Source: Bilabrum cf. latius (lineage: Eukaryota). From it: a stretch of 64,000 bases of DNA. Position 1 is the first letter of the stretch, and the number at the start of each line of letters is the position of its first letter. Below the pieces are notes generated by a model. The model was not told where the DNA came from and searched no databases. It worked only from the letters and a program-made list of their open reading frames with translations. Below are positions 12,670 to 25,870 of the stretch, piece after piece. The stretch spans positions 434,001-498,000 of the forward strand of contig OZ237765.1 in assembly GCA_965178125.1 (NCBI GenBank), given 5' to 3'. A program made the position numbers and the translations under genes.

Positions 12670-15600
12670 TCAGAAAGCAGACCCTGGCAGGCTAGCGTGC
12701 GCATTGGAGTACTCTCCCCCGTTTGCATCAGTCTCCCAAGCTTCCACCACGCCGCCCGTGACATTGTCACTATCATCAGTTCCCGTCACCACGCCTGCCC
12801 TCGCAACGCCCTTGTCCTCCGTTTCCTGCCGCGCCTCGTAGATGGTCGCGGGCGCGGCAGAGTCGACTGAGGCCCGGCTGGCGCGAGCTGTGCCCTAAAT
12901 CGACGGCAGAAAGCCGTCAGAGAGTCTCTCGACCCTGCCACCGTGCGACGCAGCAGCATCGCTGCCATAGCCCTCCGTAGCGCCGTCCTGGCCCGGCCCC
13001 TCCAATTTGTTCTCCCTCGACCCGGAGCCACGTTCCCCATTGCCATCGAACCCGTCGCTCGCCATCCCAATGCTTCCGAACGGTGAGGGTGTCAGGAGCT
13101 GCCTGACGCTCTCCGACCCGTGATCCACGCTCACGCTGTACGACCGGTGCTGCTGCTGCTGCTGGTTGCTGCCGGACGAGATTCCATGGCGCTGCCGCGG
13201 CTGCCTCTGGTTTCGACGACTGCCTCCGCTGCTCCCCCCCGTGCTCGCACTTGCCGCCAAAGAACCGATGCTTGCGTCAGCTCCGTCGCCCGCGTAACTC
13301 TTGGACTCTCGTACGGGATGCACCCTGTGCTTCCTTGACCACGAGGAACGGCGAGGCAATGTTCTGGTATTGCTTGGCGAGGATTCCTGCCTTCTCGCAG
13401 CTCCTTCGCGCATCTTTTTCTCTATTTCCATCCATGACGCGGTACTGCCAGTGTGAATGGCTTTGAGCGATTTGTTTGACACCACGCTGGCGGCCCGCCC
13501 CGGTCCCGGCGCTGCACTTCTGGGCGACTTGCCATCAGTGCTGGCTGCAGTGACTACCTGGCTGTGCGGCTCCTCCGTGTCCTGCTGCCTGGAGCCGGAC
13601 TTCCTCGGCTTGCGGGGTTTTCCCTTTGAGTTGTACAGGTCGACGATGGACCCGGACTTGGAGTTGGTGCGGGACTAGGACCTGCTGTTGGAGCTAGCGC
13701 CGATGCGAGTCGCACCTAGACCTGTCGATTTCGTGAACCGCGCGAGGTCGAGGCCCAGAAGGGCCCGCCTGCCCAGGGTCAGGGCCGGCGTGGCTCCCGC
13801 TGCCACGCACGCGATGACGGTCAGGGCCAGCGTTTGTTCCCTGGGAAGCTCGTCCAGCGCGAACAGCGTCATGCCGGCCAGCAGGGCGCACACGGTCTGC
13901 ATGTAGAGTGCGTAGGACATCCACTGCGACTCGCCCTGCTGGCTGTTGACGTTGCGGGTCACCACCGCGAGGTACACGGTGAAGCCGATGATGCCAGCGT
14001 TGAACACCAGCCAGATGCTGTTGAACACGTTGTGATGGGGCCCGTCGCATACGAGGTGCGTGATCATGGGATCGCTCTGTTCCTTGATTTCAAGGAGACT
14101 GGAAGGAGAGACGATGGCCCACGCTCCCAAGATCAGGGCCTCGATCAGCGCCAGCACACCCACCACCGCCAGCATTCCCATCTCGGAGAACTGCACCCTT
14201 CGCAACGACGGGTTGATGTGGATCTTGATGAGAAGCCGGAACACGCGAAACGTTTTAGCCGTGCACACCCCGAACATGAGCAGGAAGGACAGTGTGACCG
14301 CGGCTCGGCGCACGTCGCACATGACTGGCGTTGGCGGAATAAACCGGAGCATGGCAGAAGCCAAGAGGCCGAGGGCACCGACACCGATGGTGACGGTGAA
14401 GCGGGGCTGTGCCCGGCTCACCGCCTTGCTGCTCCATGCCCAAATGTACGCGCCCGTGGACAACAAGGCGATGCAGCCCGCAAGCCCAACCAAAGTAAAT
14501 ACGGCGTATTTCTGCCCCTCTGTGAGATGCCTCGTTCCTGTCGTGCACTTAACGTCAAACCGAACCCTTAGGATCCTGGATGAGTCTGAAGAGTTGCTCC
14601 CGAACCCGCTTCCGGAGTCGCTGCCCGTGCCATCGTCCCCGCCCACACCCTGGTCTGCTGCTCGCACCCAAAGCTCATCGTACCCGGAGCCGCATTGTTC
14701 GCCGTTAGGCACGTACGTTAGCACGATCGCAGTCTAGTTCAGCTCCCCGATTGTGAGCGACTGCTCCTTTACAACCAGCGCTTCCTCATCGAAGGAGCGA
14801 CCCTCGGCCGTTTGCGTGTACACCGACTACATGCGACGAAGCCCGGCTCGGCCACCCCGACCGCCGCCTCCACCACCCCTGCCTCGTCCCGTGAAGGACC
14901 CGCGCCATCCGCTGTCCCTCGGAAGTATGACCTGGCTCGGCCCAAGGGATGCCTGCCCGTCCATCTGGAGCTGCCTGCGGCCAACCGCCCTCGCCTCCAC
15001 GGCAGCAGCCACGGCATCCGAGGCAGAGGCCCACAAAGAATCGTCCATTCCATCGGATGGCGATGATCCGCTGCCGCCAGCGGACATCAAGTCGCCGTCA
15101 GCAGCCAGCCCGATGGCTTCTGCAAGCGCGTTCTGGTCGAGGATCGAGCACGCCGTCACAAAATCGTTCACGTGACTTCCTGTCAGCCCGAGCGTCTCAG
15201 CGTACGAGGCTGCATCCACCTTCAAATTTAGTGTTGTGTTGCGAGCCATGGGCTTGGACATCGTCAGAGTCCCGAATGCTGGCTCCTTGACTACGTCGAA
15301 CCGCAGGTCTCCCTGCCGGACGTCTGGGTCCTTGGCACGAAGCATGAGTGAGGCCCCGCACCCATCGAGGGCGGACTGGATCTAGGCTCTATCGTACACG
15401 GCTGTGTCGATATTTCCTTGTGTAAAGATGCCCTGTGCCGTGCCTGCCTACAGTGCAGTGCACTCGTCCGCCTCTACCCGCGCGGACAGCCTCCAGGCCT
15501 CGGTCAGCTCCCCGTCGTCGAGGTCGTCATGCCCGTCCTCCTAGTTCTCGATCACTGCGATGGTTGCGTTCACCACCGACTCGCCGATGAGGCCTCCCGT

Positions 15601-18600
15601 GGCAGCAGAGGCAGGCAGGGTCCACGGGTTGAGCAGCACGGGGGGGTCGTTCGTGGCCTGCACGTTGAGCTGCATCTCCTTGCACGGGCGCTGGGTGCCT
15701 CTGAACTCCGAGTCGAACTTGCAGTCGTTGGTGGCGTATACCAGCCTGTCCACGCCAGAGTAGTCGGGGTCTGGGAGGTATTTGACCCAGTACACTGCAG
15801 GCGGGGTCCCCACTAGACCTGCCAAGCTCCCACCGCCGCTTGTTGCGATCTGGCCCCCCTGAGACCCGCCTGACCCTGCCCCGCCCGAGGAGCCCCAATC
15901 GCTGGATCCATCGGCCCCCGAACCGACGTCCGTGACTCCGGTGCGCGTGCCGGGAGTAAAGAGTAGCCTGCCAGGCGGTGGCATACGGGTGCCAACCAGC
16001 AGCACCGCATCAATCTGTGGAAATGTGTTCCCCAGCGTCGCCTGGCTGCTGGACAGCGTCAGGTCCAGCCGGACTTGAGAGGTGGGGAATGGGATGGAGC
16101 ACATGCGGGGGCTAAAGATGCGCGCCGTGCCGTCGTCCCGCACCTCCCGCTCCCCCGACCAGGCTGGGATCCAGGTGCCGTCCGGGTGCCGGAAGCTGAC
16201 CCGCGTGATGTGTCCAGTGAACCACGTCTCGTATACGTCGATCCCAGTGACGTACACCCGCTCCCCGAACTCAAGCTCGAGGTACTCGGTGACGGATCCC
16301 CCTGACGGTCCCCATGCCTTGGGCGAGTCGCCATAGGATGGGTACGTGTTCGCAGGCCCAAGAATCTGCTGAGGGCTCCATTCGCCGGTCTGCCCGCCAA
16401 ACGAGGAGCTGTAGTAGAGCACTCTGGTGGCCCACATGGTGAGTATGGAGCCCTGTGCCGCTGCCAGATCAATGACTCTGGTGGGCGCAGTAAGCGGGTT
16501 CTGGTTCCGGCTTGACGTCATGACCTGCTCGAACCTGCCGAACAACGGGGCGGACACGATGTCGAGCATCACCAGCGAGTCCTCAATGGAATGCTGCTCG
16601 AGCTTGAAAAAAATGCTGCCGTCTTCCTCCACCTGGATGCGGTCTGCAGGGCACATCCCAATGCAATTGCGCGCCAGCCACTCGTCCTCTGCCGCCTGCT
16701 ACTGCAGCGATAGGCCGGTGATGTTCTGAATCAGCTGAGTCATTGCCGGGCACTCGCCCGGCGTCGGTTGATCGTGGACTGCTACCACAGAGAAGGTCAC
16801 GTTGGCTGGGTCGGAGGTCATTCCAAGCTCGTCCCGAAGCCTAAACGAAATCGTGTCCATGTTCTCCCCACTGCGGTCGGCAGGAGGGACGTAGGCCACG
16901 CTGCTTCCCAGGGCGGACACATCCAGGGGCAGGTTGTCTGCGACAATCTGAACACCTCTAGTACCGTCGGCCAGCACCTGATAGAGCCCTCCGGTGTTGG
17001 GCACTCTGATGATGATGGCCGTGACCTTCTGCCCCTCGGTGTCTGCCTGTACCATGATGCCGCCTGCGCCTATCTCGCCCGCCTCCCCGAGCCCGATGAA
17101 CGTTGTGGAATCCTCAAAGACGTCGACATGCAGGTTGGAGGCCACTGGACGCTCGTTGTAAAGCAGCAGAAGGCGCACCACCTCCACCTCCGCAAGCCTC
17201 GTGCCAATGGCCGAAGATGGGGAAGCGCCGACGAGCACGGGCGTGCCAAACGCCATCGTGTCAGTTCGTTGCGCACTTGTTGCGAGACTGCCACCTGAGA
17301 TGTACCGCATGCGAATGTACCCCTTGTCATCGCTCTCTAGCACGTCTCCTTGCTAGACGGCCCGGCCGGAAAACGACGCGCCCTGGCCGTTCTGAATGGC
17401 GGTGGAGACTTGCGTGACGACGCCGTGCGACGGTAGGCTAGATACCATCATACGGTACCGAATGGGTAGCAGTCGTATGTTGAACACGGTCTGTCCTCCC
17501 GAGTAACCCTGCACGATTGCGATGGAAGTGGACGTGTTGGCAGTTACGAGGTTCCCCAGCGCATCCGTGGACAGTCGGGTGTAGGCCGGAGACAGGGCGC
17601 CCACACCATCCCTAGCATTGGCCTGTAGCCCGCTCCTCGACGGCACCTTTGCTGTGCTCTTCCCGTCGAATCGGAGGTTGTTCACGGGGCGATACTGCAC
17701 GAAGTCGCTGCCCATGGAATCGCGTGTCACGTCCTTCCGAAACACAGTGCCCGACCTGCCGTTGAGCGACGAATCCGTGATGTTAGAGATGAGCGGCTCG
17801 TCGAACCTCCACTCTAGAAGCAAGTGGTCCGCTAGCCTCCAAGGGACGTTCCTTTGTGAGTATATGTCCAGGACGTCCTGGGCCGAGAGGGCGGTGCTGA
17901 AGACGCGCACGTCGTCGATTTCGATGGAGGATTTCTGCTGCCAGCGCTGCCGGCCCACGAATACGTGCCCGCTTTGCGCCCTCCTGTTGATGTTTCGGAG
18001 CTGTGCGGTTGTTTTTCTTGGGTGTACCTGCGTGTCGATTCTGTCGTCGTCGAGATAAACGCTCGCGAGGTTGTTTCCCTAGTCCCAGGCGAGCGTGAGC
18101 AGGTGCCACTCCTTCCGCTCAAACAGAGTGGCGTTGTGGAACTGCATCCGAATGCCGTCAAACTGCGGTGCGGGCACGTGGAACTAGTTTCGAGATATTT
18201 CCAATCTGCCATTACACATTGTTTGCTTTCATAGTCTGGCAGTGTGTGAAACCGTTGGCATGTGCCGGGCGACGGTAGAGACTCAGAACGGCTCACCTCC
18301 AAGTAGAGAGTATCATAATGGTACATTGCCATAAATACGGTCTCTTGCTCTGGAGCGCCCAGCTAACCAAACGGTGTTACGCTCAGGTCTCCTTGAGGCG
18401 GCTGGAACTCGACCTGCGAAGAAAAGCACCGCAGTGACAACGCCTCGAGTCAATGCCTTGGCTTGCATGTAAACGTGCTTTGAGATACATGACTTACTGG
18501 GTTATTGACCACCTGGAAAAAATGCGAATCTTGCCCGTCCACAAGGGGCCGGATGTACATTTGCACCGTAAACGACTGGCGCGGCCAAGCCATTGTCTGA

Positions 18601-18839
18601 TCGGAGGCTACCCATGACTCGCCGAGCAGCTGCACCCGTGAGAGTGAAAATCCCCAAAAAATATAAAATCGGCATTATTGATAATTCATAATTGCCTAGC
18701 CTCCCTGCGATACCGGTCTCACCTGCATGCAGAAGCCAGTATCGAACTCCTCATCGTAAGAAAACTCCGTTGCAGCAGCTGCATCGATGGCAAGGAAGAG
18801 CCCGAGCAAATATGCCGACACATGTAAAACCAATCGCAT
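12670..18839 (-). CDS. Class C (7tm_3, GABA-B-like) GPCR with signal peptide, LamG-like, cadherin/Ig-like and pappalysin/FBXL4-like ectodomains
   Basis: Signal peptide MRLVLHVSAYLLGLFLAIDAA then GTGAG donor. LamG-like WHLLTLAWD...IDDVRVFSTALS. 7TM motifs RAQPRF, CTAKTFRV, YLAVVTRNV..ES. Frame from about 18140 to 12670 is broken only by TAGs (18079, 17353, 16699, 15541, 15448, 15382, 14827, 14734, 13675, 12895). TGA stop at 12670. The 5' introns are not fully resolved. Confidence 0.85.
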
Positions 18840-19202
18840 AATGCCCTGTTGCGCCGGCTGATTTGCTGAGAAGTGAGCGTTGTGGAGTATTGCGCGGTTG
18901 CTCGCGAGCCAGCTGAATCTGCTTTTTGGCCAGGAAAGCCGGCTGAGTGACCGGAAACTCTATTTTGGTTCTAAAGCACTGCACACTAAATACCAAAAGT
19001 CCAGATAGAGAGGAAAATGGAGTAAATTCTTATCTAGCTGCACGCGCAAGAGTTGAGCACCAAAGAGAGTGGTGCTATTAGTAGCGTGCAAGTTTCGGGG
19101 AACCACTAGTTGCAGTTGGGCAATTTCGGCACATTGTGGACCGCTTCTCGCCCGACGAGGATCACACTCAGCTGTATTGATTTAAAAGTAAAGTTGCCAC
19201 AT

Positions 19203-22200
19203 ATGTCAGGCCGACCAGCTGTTCCGGTTGTCCCTGGACTTCCTCCACTGCCTTCAGACCCTAGGGCTGCTTGCGAGACAGTGTTCTCAGCACTATCAGG
19301 CTCTCCGTCGGATGAATTACTCGCAGGCATTGACAATTGGATACCATTGTTTCTCTCCAATGCCAATGTAGCCCCAAGAGCCTTGCTAGAAATCATGGAA
19401 AAGTCGGAGAAGGACACGGTTCGGCACATGGCAGCTATCAATTTAAGAAAACATATCATGTCGTTGTACTGGAAGACGTTCACCGACGCTTAGAAAATCA
19501 TGTGCAAGTAGATTCTGATTCAACGCCTCCAGCGGGAGCCCTCAAGGCGAGTTCGAGTGATGGTGGTGGCGAGCGCAGTGGCTGTCTGCAAGACGGAGCT
19601 GCCAGCGGGCAGGTGGCCCGAGCTGCTGAGACTAGCACAGTAGGCATCATAGCACAGCGTTGTGGACGTGCGAGAAGTGAGCTGTCGTGTTGCTGGCCCG
19701 CTTATCTTGAGCGCACTTGAGCACTATCAGCGCACTTTATCCGAATGACATGATCCTTCCCGTTCACCTTTCTTTGCTCAACGCGTAACTCCATCCTTAC
19801 CTGCCGCAGCTTAGCATGCTGATCTATACCGCGCTATTGGACATGATGCCCAAGTTCATGGTGACGAATCTCGGTCTGCTCAACAGGACAATCGGCAAGG
19901 CACTCGAGGACAAGGCCTCCCTAGGACTCCGAGTCCAAGCGATGCGAGCAGCCACGCAGCTGCTGGCATACGTTGGTGACGAGCTCTTGGCCACTGGAGG
20001 GGTAGGTAAAACTAAAGACCAGAACGACTGTGTCGAGCTACTGCCCCAAGTCATCCGCGTGGTAGAAGACTGCGTGGATGCGGGGCAGCACGACACGGCG
20101 AACTCCGCACTCGACACACTGCACGAGCTGGCCGCGGGTGAATCGCCGTACGTTTTGAAGCTCTGGGAGCCATTGGGCCAGCTGGCTATGGGAGTTCTGC
20201 AGAAACCCGACGTGGATCCATCGCTGCGATCCATGGGATGCGAGCTGCTCAGGGAGCTGGTGACCCAGCAGCCCGGCAAGTTTTTCAGGAAAGGGCTCGT
20301 GGGTTCGATTCTGGAGAATGCGATCAAGATCATGGGCCAGTACGAGCTGCCCGAGCGACCGAGTCGTGATGATCTCCTAGAGGCGATCGAGGTGTTCTCA
20401 TCCCAGGGCAGGGCAGTTGACGACCATGCAGTGTCCTCAGCCGCCTCCCTCGTCGACACGATCGCCATCCACATGCCATCGCAGAGGGTCTTCCCCATGA
20501 TCATGAAGGCAGCTGAGGTGTGCCTCAAGTAGCCCCAGTGGCAGCGCAGGGCCACTGGGTGCATCTTGGTGGCGCAGACAGCTGAGGGGTGCCAGGCAGA
20601 GAGCAGGGCGCAGATCGAGCACATCCTGAGGCTGGTCGTGCCCATGGCGCGCGACAAGCACCCGGCTGTGCGAGCGTCTTTCTGTTACTGCATCGGAGCT
20701 CTCAGTCAGGAGCTCGACAAGTCCATGGCATCCAGCCACAGGCTGCACGTCCCCGCCATGATCGCGCTCACCAACGACCCAATCCCGCCCGTGGCGGAAC
20801 GTGCCGTGTTCGCTATCGACTGCCTCATGGACACCAATTTCAAGCAGGACATGCTGCCGTACTGCGAGCAGCTGCTGTCGCTTTGTGGCCGACTGCTTCA
20901 GAGCGACAAGACGTCGCCTAGGATGGAGGTGGCTGGGATCAGCCTAATATCGAGCATATGCACGACCATGCAGGGCAGGATGCGGAAGTTCTTCGCGCCG
21001 ATCGCCAGAGCTCTCCTCATGCGGGTGCAGCGCACCGGGGCGGATTTCGCTGAACAGCGCGCAACTGCAGTTGACACCATCGGAGCGCTGTGCTATGCGG
21101 TGGGCAAGAAGATGTGGATGCCATTCATGTCGAGCAGCAACATCATGCACCACATCCGGCAGTGCTTCGAGGCCAAGGACGCACAGCTTTCGCAGCATGC
21201 GTACTTGTGCCTGGGCCAGATTGCCATGACGATTAAGGATGACATGGGCCCGGCTATTGGCGGTCTCATCAGCTAGATGAGAGAGGACATTAATAGACGA
21301 GATTTGGTTGCGATCGACTTTGCGATGGTGCCCCGGGTTGGTATGGGGTCGGAGGTCCATGAGATCGGGAAGGGAATGGGCGCCGCTGATTTCGAAGGAG
21401 CCACGGTGAGCAAGTTCAGGCGGAGCGGTCTGCTGGAGCAAATGAAGAGCAGCATTCTGCTCGTGCTGGCGCAGCTGGCGCAGCACTGTCCCAAGGCCAT
21501 AGGCCCTCATCTGGGGCACGCGTTTGAGGTGGCCAAGACTGGCTTCAAGAACATGAGCGATGACATCCGCGTGCAAGCACCTCTCGCCATGGCAAATGTG
21601 ATGGCATGCATGGCCAAGAGCGGGGGAGCGACACCTCCAAGCGGTGGAAAAGGGCCCAACATGCGCCCCGACTTCCTCAAGCTGCTCAAGGAGACGTGCA
21701 TGGAAGTGATCCAGGCCATCTACCTCGAGCTGGACGCATCTGTTGTGTCGTCGTACATCGATTTCTTTGAGATCATGGCTAGTCAGGTAGGCCCCTGGGT
21801 GCTGGGACCTCTCAAGGCGCGTGCCATGCAGGCCATGGAGGCGGCACTGGCCGCCCGGCTGGGGTGTGACGCGGTCGAGTTCGAAGATGAAGACGAGGAG
21901 GATGAGGGCGAACCACTCGAGAGAGTGAGAAACATCCTGATAGCAGGGCAGGTCTGCGATTTCATGGAAACGTGTCTCGAGTAGGAACCGGAGGTATCGC
22001 TCGCTGCAATGAAAGACACGGGTCTGTGGACGGAGTTCATCAAGTTCCTCTCGGATGATGACCTCGGGGAGGATGCCTCTAGCCCCATTGGGACCGTGGC
22101 AGTCGCGGCCGAGGTCTGCGGCAAGGGGTTTGCACCGGCGCTGCCCGACGTGATGCCCACGATCGTCAAGTACTGCGGAGACTCCAAGGCGCACGTGAAC

Positions 22201-22884
22201 GTTCGACGAAACCTCGTGTTTGCGCTGGGCTGGCTGCCTCTCGTAGAGGAAGGCGCCGGCGCCAAGATGGCTCCGCAATGCCTCAAGTACTGCGTCGAGC
22301 ACTGCAAGAGGACCGACACGATGAATTCCACGTCGCACGCCATGGTAGATAATGCTGTCAGCTCGGTGCTCCGCGTTTTGCGGACGTTTCCCTCGGCTGG
22401 CCCAGCGGACAAACTGGTAGAAACTGCAGTGTCTCAGCTCCCGCTCAGGGTTGACTTCTCGGAAGCAGGCGAGATTCTGAAATCGATGGTGATGCTTGCT
22501 TCAAAGGGGATCGGGGCAGCGAAGAAGCACCTGCCCCGAGCACTCACCGAGGCCGCTCGCATGATTTCCGAGTCGGTGGTTGTCGAGCACATGCCCAGAA
22601 AGTACAAGCTTGTCGCGCTGCAGACCATCGCCAAGTTTGCGGAGCAGTCGTCGTTTGGTGCAGTGATCGGACAGTGCTCCCCTCAGGTGCAGGCGGTGGT
22701 GCGGGCCCGCCTAGATCTCGTCAAGTCGTTGGGTCCCCATGCAGCCATCGATGCTGCCTTGCCAGAGTCGGCCGTGACACCAGCCGGGAGTCCAGTGAAG
22801 GGTGGGGCGGGAGGTGGGTGGGGAGCCAGCAGCCCCGGGGGCGCGTCTGCTGGTGGGTCTCCTGCAGTGGGCGGAGGAAGGTGA
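19203..22884 (+). CDS. Importin-beta family karyopherin, importin-4/Kap123-like (HEAT repeats)
   Basis: IBN_N-like VRHMAAINLRK..W, WPELL, HEAT motifs DKHPAVRASFCYCIGALS and VRRNLVFALG, DNAVSS. Intron 19677..19809. In-frame TAG at 19491, 19509, 19641, 19650, 20530, 21274, 21982. TGA stop. Confidence 0.85.
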
Positions 22885-23040
22885 TAGTCGTCAGTGAAGT
22901 GAATCGCGAGGTAAAAAGTGTATATCATTGCCAGGGGTCTTCTCCGTTTCGATCCAGAGATCCGGGGTTCCGATCGGAGCAACACTGAGGCATTTACGAA
23001 CTTACCAATCAAGGGCTCGTGCAACCAGTAAACAGGAGCA

Positions 23041-25489
23041 ATGAGCTCTATTCTAGGAGGCATTTTATTATTTTTCGTCTCTTTTGCTGACAGCGCGGCT
23101 TTGCCCAACATACTCTTTGTGGTTGGTAAGATAGGCCTCCAACGGTAGCCACACAGATTATTGACGTATCACGGTACGTTTGCCATATGGTGCCTCAATT
23201 TGTCAACTTTGACGCAGCGGATGATCTTGGATATGCTGACGCAGAGGTCATGGTGGAGTATCCGGCGACCAAGATCAGAACGCCGAATCTGAAGCAGCTT
23301 GCGGATGAGGGTGTCGTACTTCGCAACTATCACGCCATGATGGTGTGCTCGCCCAGGTATGATGCATCGACCAATCTTTGAAGAAAGACGCACATCTCAG
23401 TGTCACATTTGCATTGCTACGCTCAAGCAGTACAGCCCATTTGACCGAGTGCGTTGCCTCTTGCACCCACCCGCAGTCGTGCCGCCATTCACACAGGGTA
23501 TGTCTCGCATCGTTCCGTGTGTGCGCATGCAGCAAGCAGTGCTGTATTTAGCTTTCCATCCCAGCCCGTCCCTGGTAGCTCGCGCAGACGATACCCTATT
23601 CGGTACGGGCTGCAGCATTATGTCATCTCTCATTCCGCGGCATACTCGCTTCCCCTAAATGAGACGCTGCTCCCCCAGATCCTCGCGAAGCGTGGCTACT
23701 AGAGGCACGCTGTCGGAAAATGTGAGTCAGCATCAGTATTCATTCCGCGCGCATCTTGCAGGCACCTGGCCCATCGCTCTTCAAGCCTTTCGGAGAACCG
23801 TGCCCAGCTGTCGCCCTGACTAGTGCCTATCCGAGTCGCAGACCACTTAGGGTTCTACAAATGGGAAGCCACGCCCACGTTCCGAGGGTACGAGTCCTTC
23901 AGGGGCTTTTACGGCGGCGGTGAATCCTACTACGATCACGTGGCGTCGGGCAGCTACGACATGCGCGACGACCAGGGCGAGCGCTGCGGTCCCAACTGCT
24001 CTAGAGTGGCCTGGGATTGGGACGGGCAGTACAGCACAACGCTCTTCACGGGCGCCGCCGTCGATGTGATCGAGAAGCACGATCCAGGCAAGGGACCCAT
24101 GTTCATGTACCTGGCATATTAGGCGGTGCACGTGAGATGCGCCCGCCCAGCGCTCTTTATCGCAATTACCGTCGAGCACATGAAATGCCACCATCAATCC
24201 TGGATTACTCGTGTAAGCACCGCAGGCGCCCGCCCAAGTCCCAGAGAAGTACGTCACACCGTACGAGGGCATAATCAAGAGCAAGGAGAGGCGCACATTC
24301 GCTGGCATGCTCTCTTGCCTGGACGAGGGCATTGGGAATGTGACGGCTGCACTTGAGGCTAACGGGATGCTGAACAACACAGTGATTGTCTTCACGAGTG
24401 ACAACGGTGAGTGGAGATTGTCTCAACGTATGGAAGAGCTTCAGAGTGTATGCCGCAATGCAAAACGCTAGCACGGTTGCATCAACACAAACACGTGCAG
24501 CTGCACCTTGCGACCCTTCCATGCGACGCGCAGGTGGACCTACCACCACTGGAGATGCAGTCGGGGCGCGGAACTGGCCCCTGCGCGGGGGCAAGCACTC
24601 CCTCTGGCGCGGCGGTGAGACCGTCACTGGCCTGGTATGGGCCCCTCCTAGCCTCATGCCTGTGAGGGGCCCACGTGCCTACAACAACCTCATGCACGTC
24701 GTTGACTGGCTGCCCACACTGGCCTACGGTCTAGCGGGTGCGGAGCGCGGTGACACTCTGCCCCTCGATGGGGTGGACCAGTGGGCTTTCCTTGCTGGCA
24801 CCAACAGCACCAGCAATGCGCCGAGGTCGGAGTTCCTCGGCAACATCGACAGGGACCACACCGCGGGGGGCCACTGGGCCGTGCAGCGCGGCTGCTACAA
24901 GCTGCTGCAGGGAGAGCCGGGACCGCCAGACGGCTGGGCTCCGCCCTTTAATGAGACGGGGCCGTGGGCCACAGGGGCCGATGCGAGTAGTCAAGGCGAC
25001 GAAGCGGGGTGCAGATAGCCGCGGGATCTCGGTCAGATCGCCGGCAAGTGCTTCGTCAAGACCGAAATGAAGGATCGCAACCCGTGCGACGGGACCTCGG
25101 GCGCTCTTATCCAAGGCGGTTAGTGCTCGAGTGACCCCGGGTACTGCTATCCTGGCCATGACCTGGTGCCAGGTGGGATTGACAACCGTACTGTGGAGCA
25201 GTGCTGTCAAGAGTGTGCTGACAGGGCAGCGGATGGCTGCAAGTACTTCACGCTGAACGCACAGTCGGACCCGTTTCCCTTTTCCAACACCACGCGATAG
25301 ATGTACGATGTATGCCAGGACCCCGAGGAGCGTGTGGATGTGCTGAGCAGGTTTCCACAGCAGGAGGAGCAGCTCGTCTAGGCGGTCGCGGAGTACAACA
25401 CGAGCTTGGTGCCACCACTTCATGGCGACCCTTCCTGCCCTTCGTGGAACCCAGAGAAGTACAACCACACGTGGACCCCGTGGTGCTGA
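23041..25489 (+). CDS. Arylsulfatase B-like sulfatase (secreted/lysosomal), multi-exon
   Basis: Signal peptide, PNILFVVADDLGYAD, spliced CSPSR formylglycine motif followed by TGRYP, YLAY(TAG)AVH, VFTSDNG, NWPLRGGK, MHVVDWLPTL, (TAG)MYDV..DPEE. About six GT-AG introns. TGA at 25487. Confidence 0.92.
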
Positions 25490-25870
25490 GCACTGCAACT
25501 GCATGCAGCTGCTATTTGGTACAATTGGGATTCCGGGATGCATGACGGCACACGGTCGTCGAGCCTGGGCCCAAGATTTGGCGCGTCCTGCGCGTGGATG
25601 CCAGGTGTTTCGGATCCGGGATAAAATCCAAAAACAATGGATTGGCCGTTGCAACTTTAGGTCTAGATGAAGTATATCCGAATCGAAGACTGGGCCAAGT
25701 TATAAGGTTATAAAAGTAACAAAGCTGTCTCATCAGTTGTGCACTGCATATTTCAAGGGGGATCCACCCGGAATCCGGAGGTTATCCAAAAGCACTCCAA
25801 GAGGTCTCTAGGGCTAGCAGTAAGGTTACGTAACTCGTTACGGACAGATTAAACCTGCCACTTGACAGGA

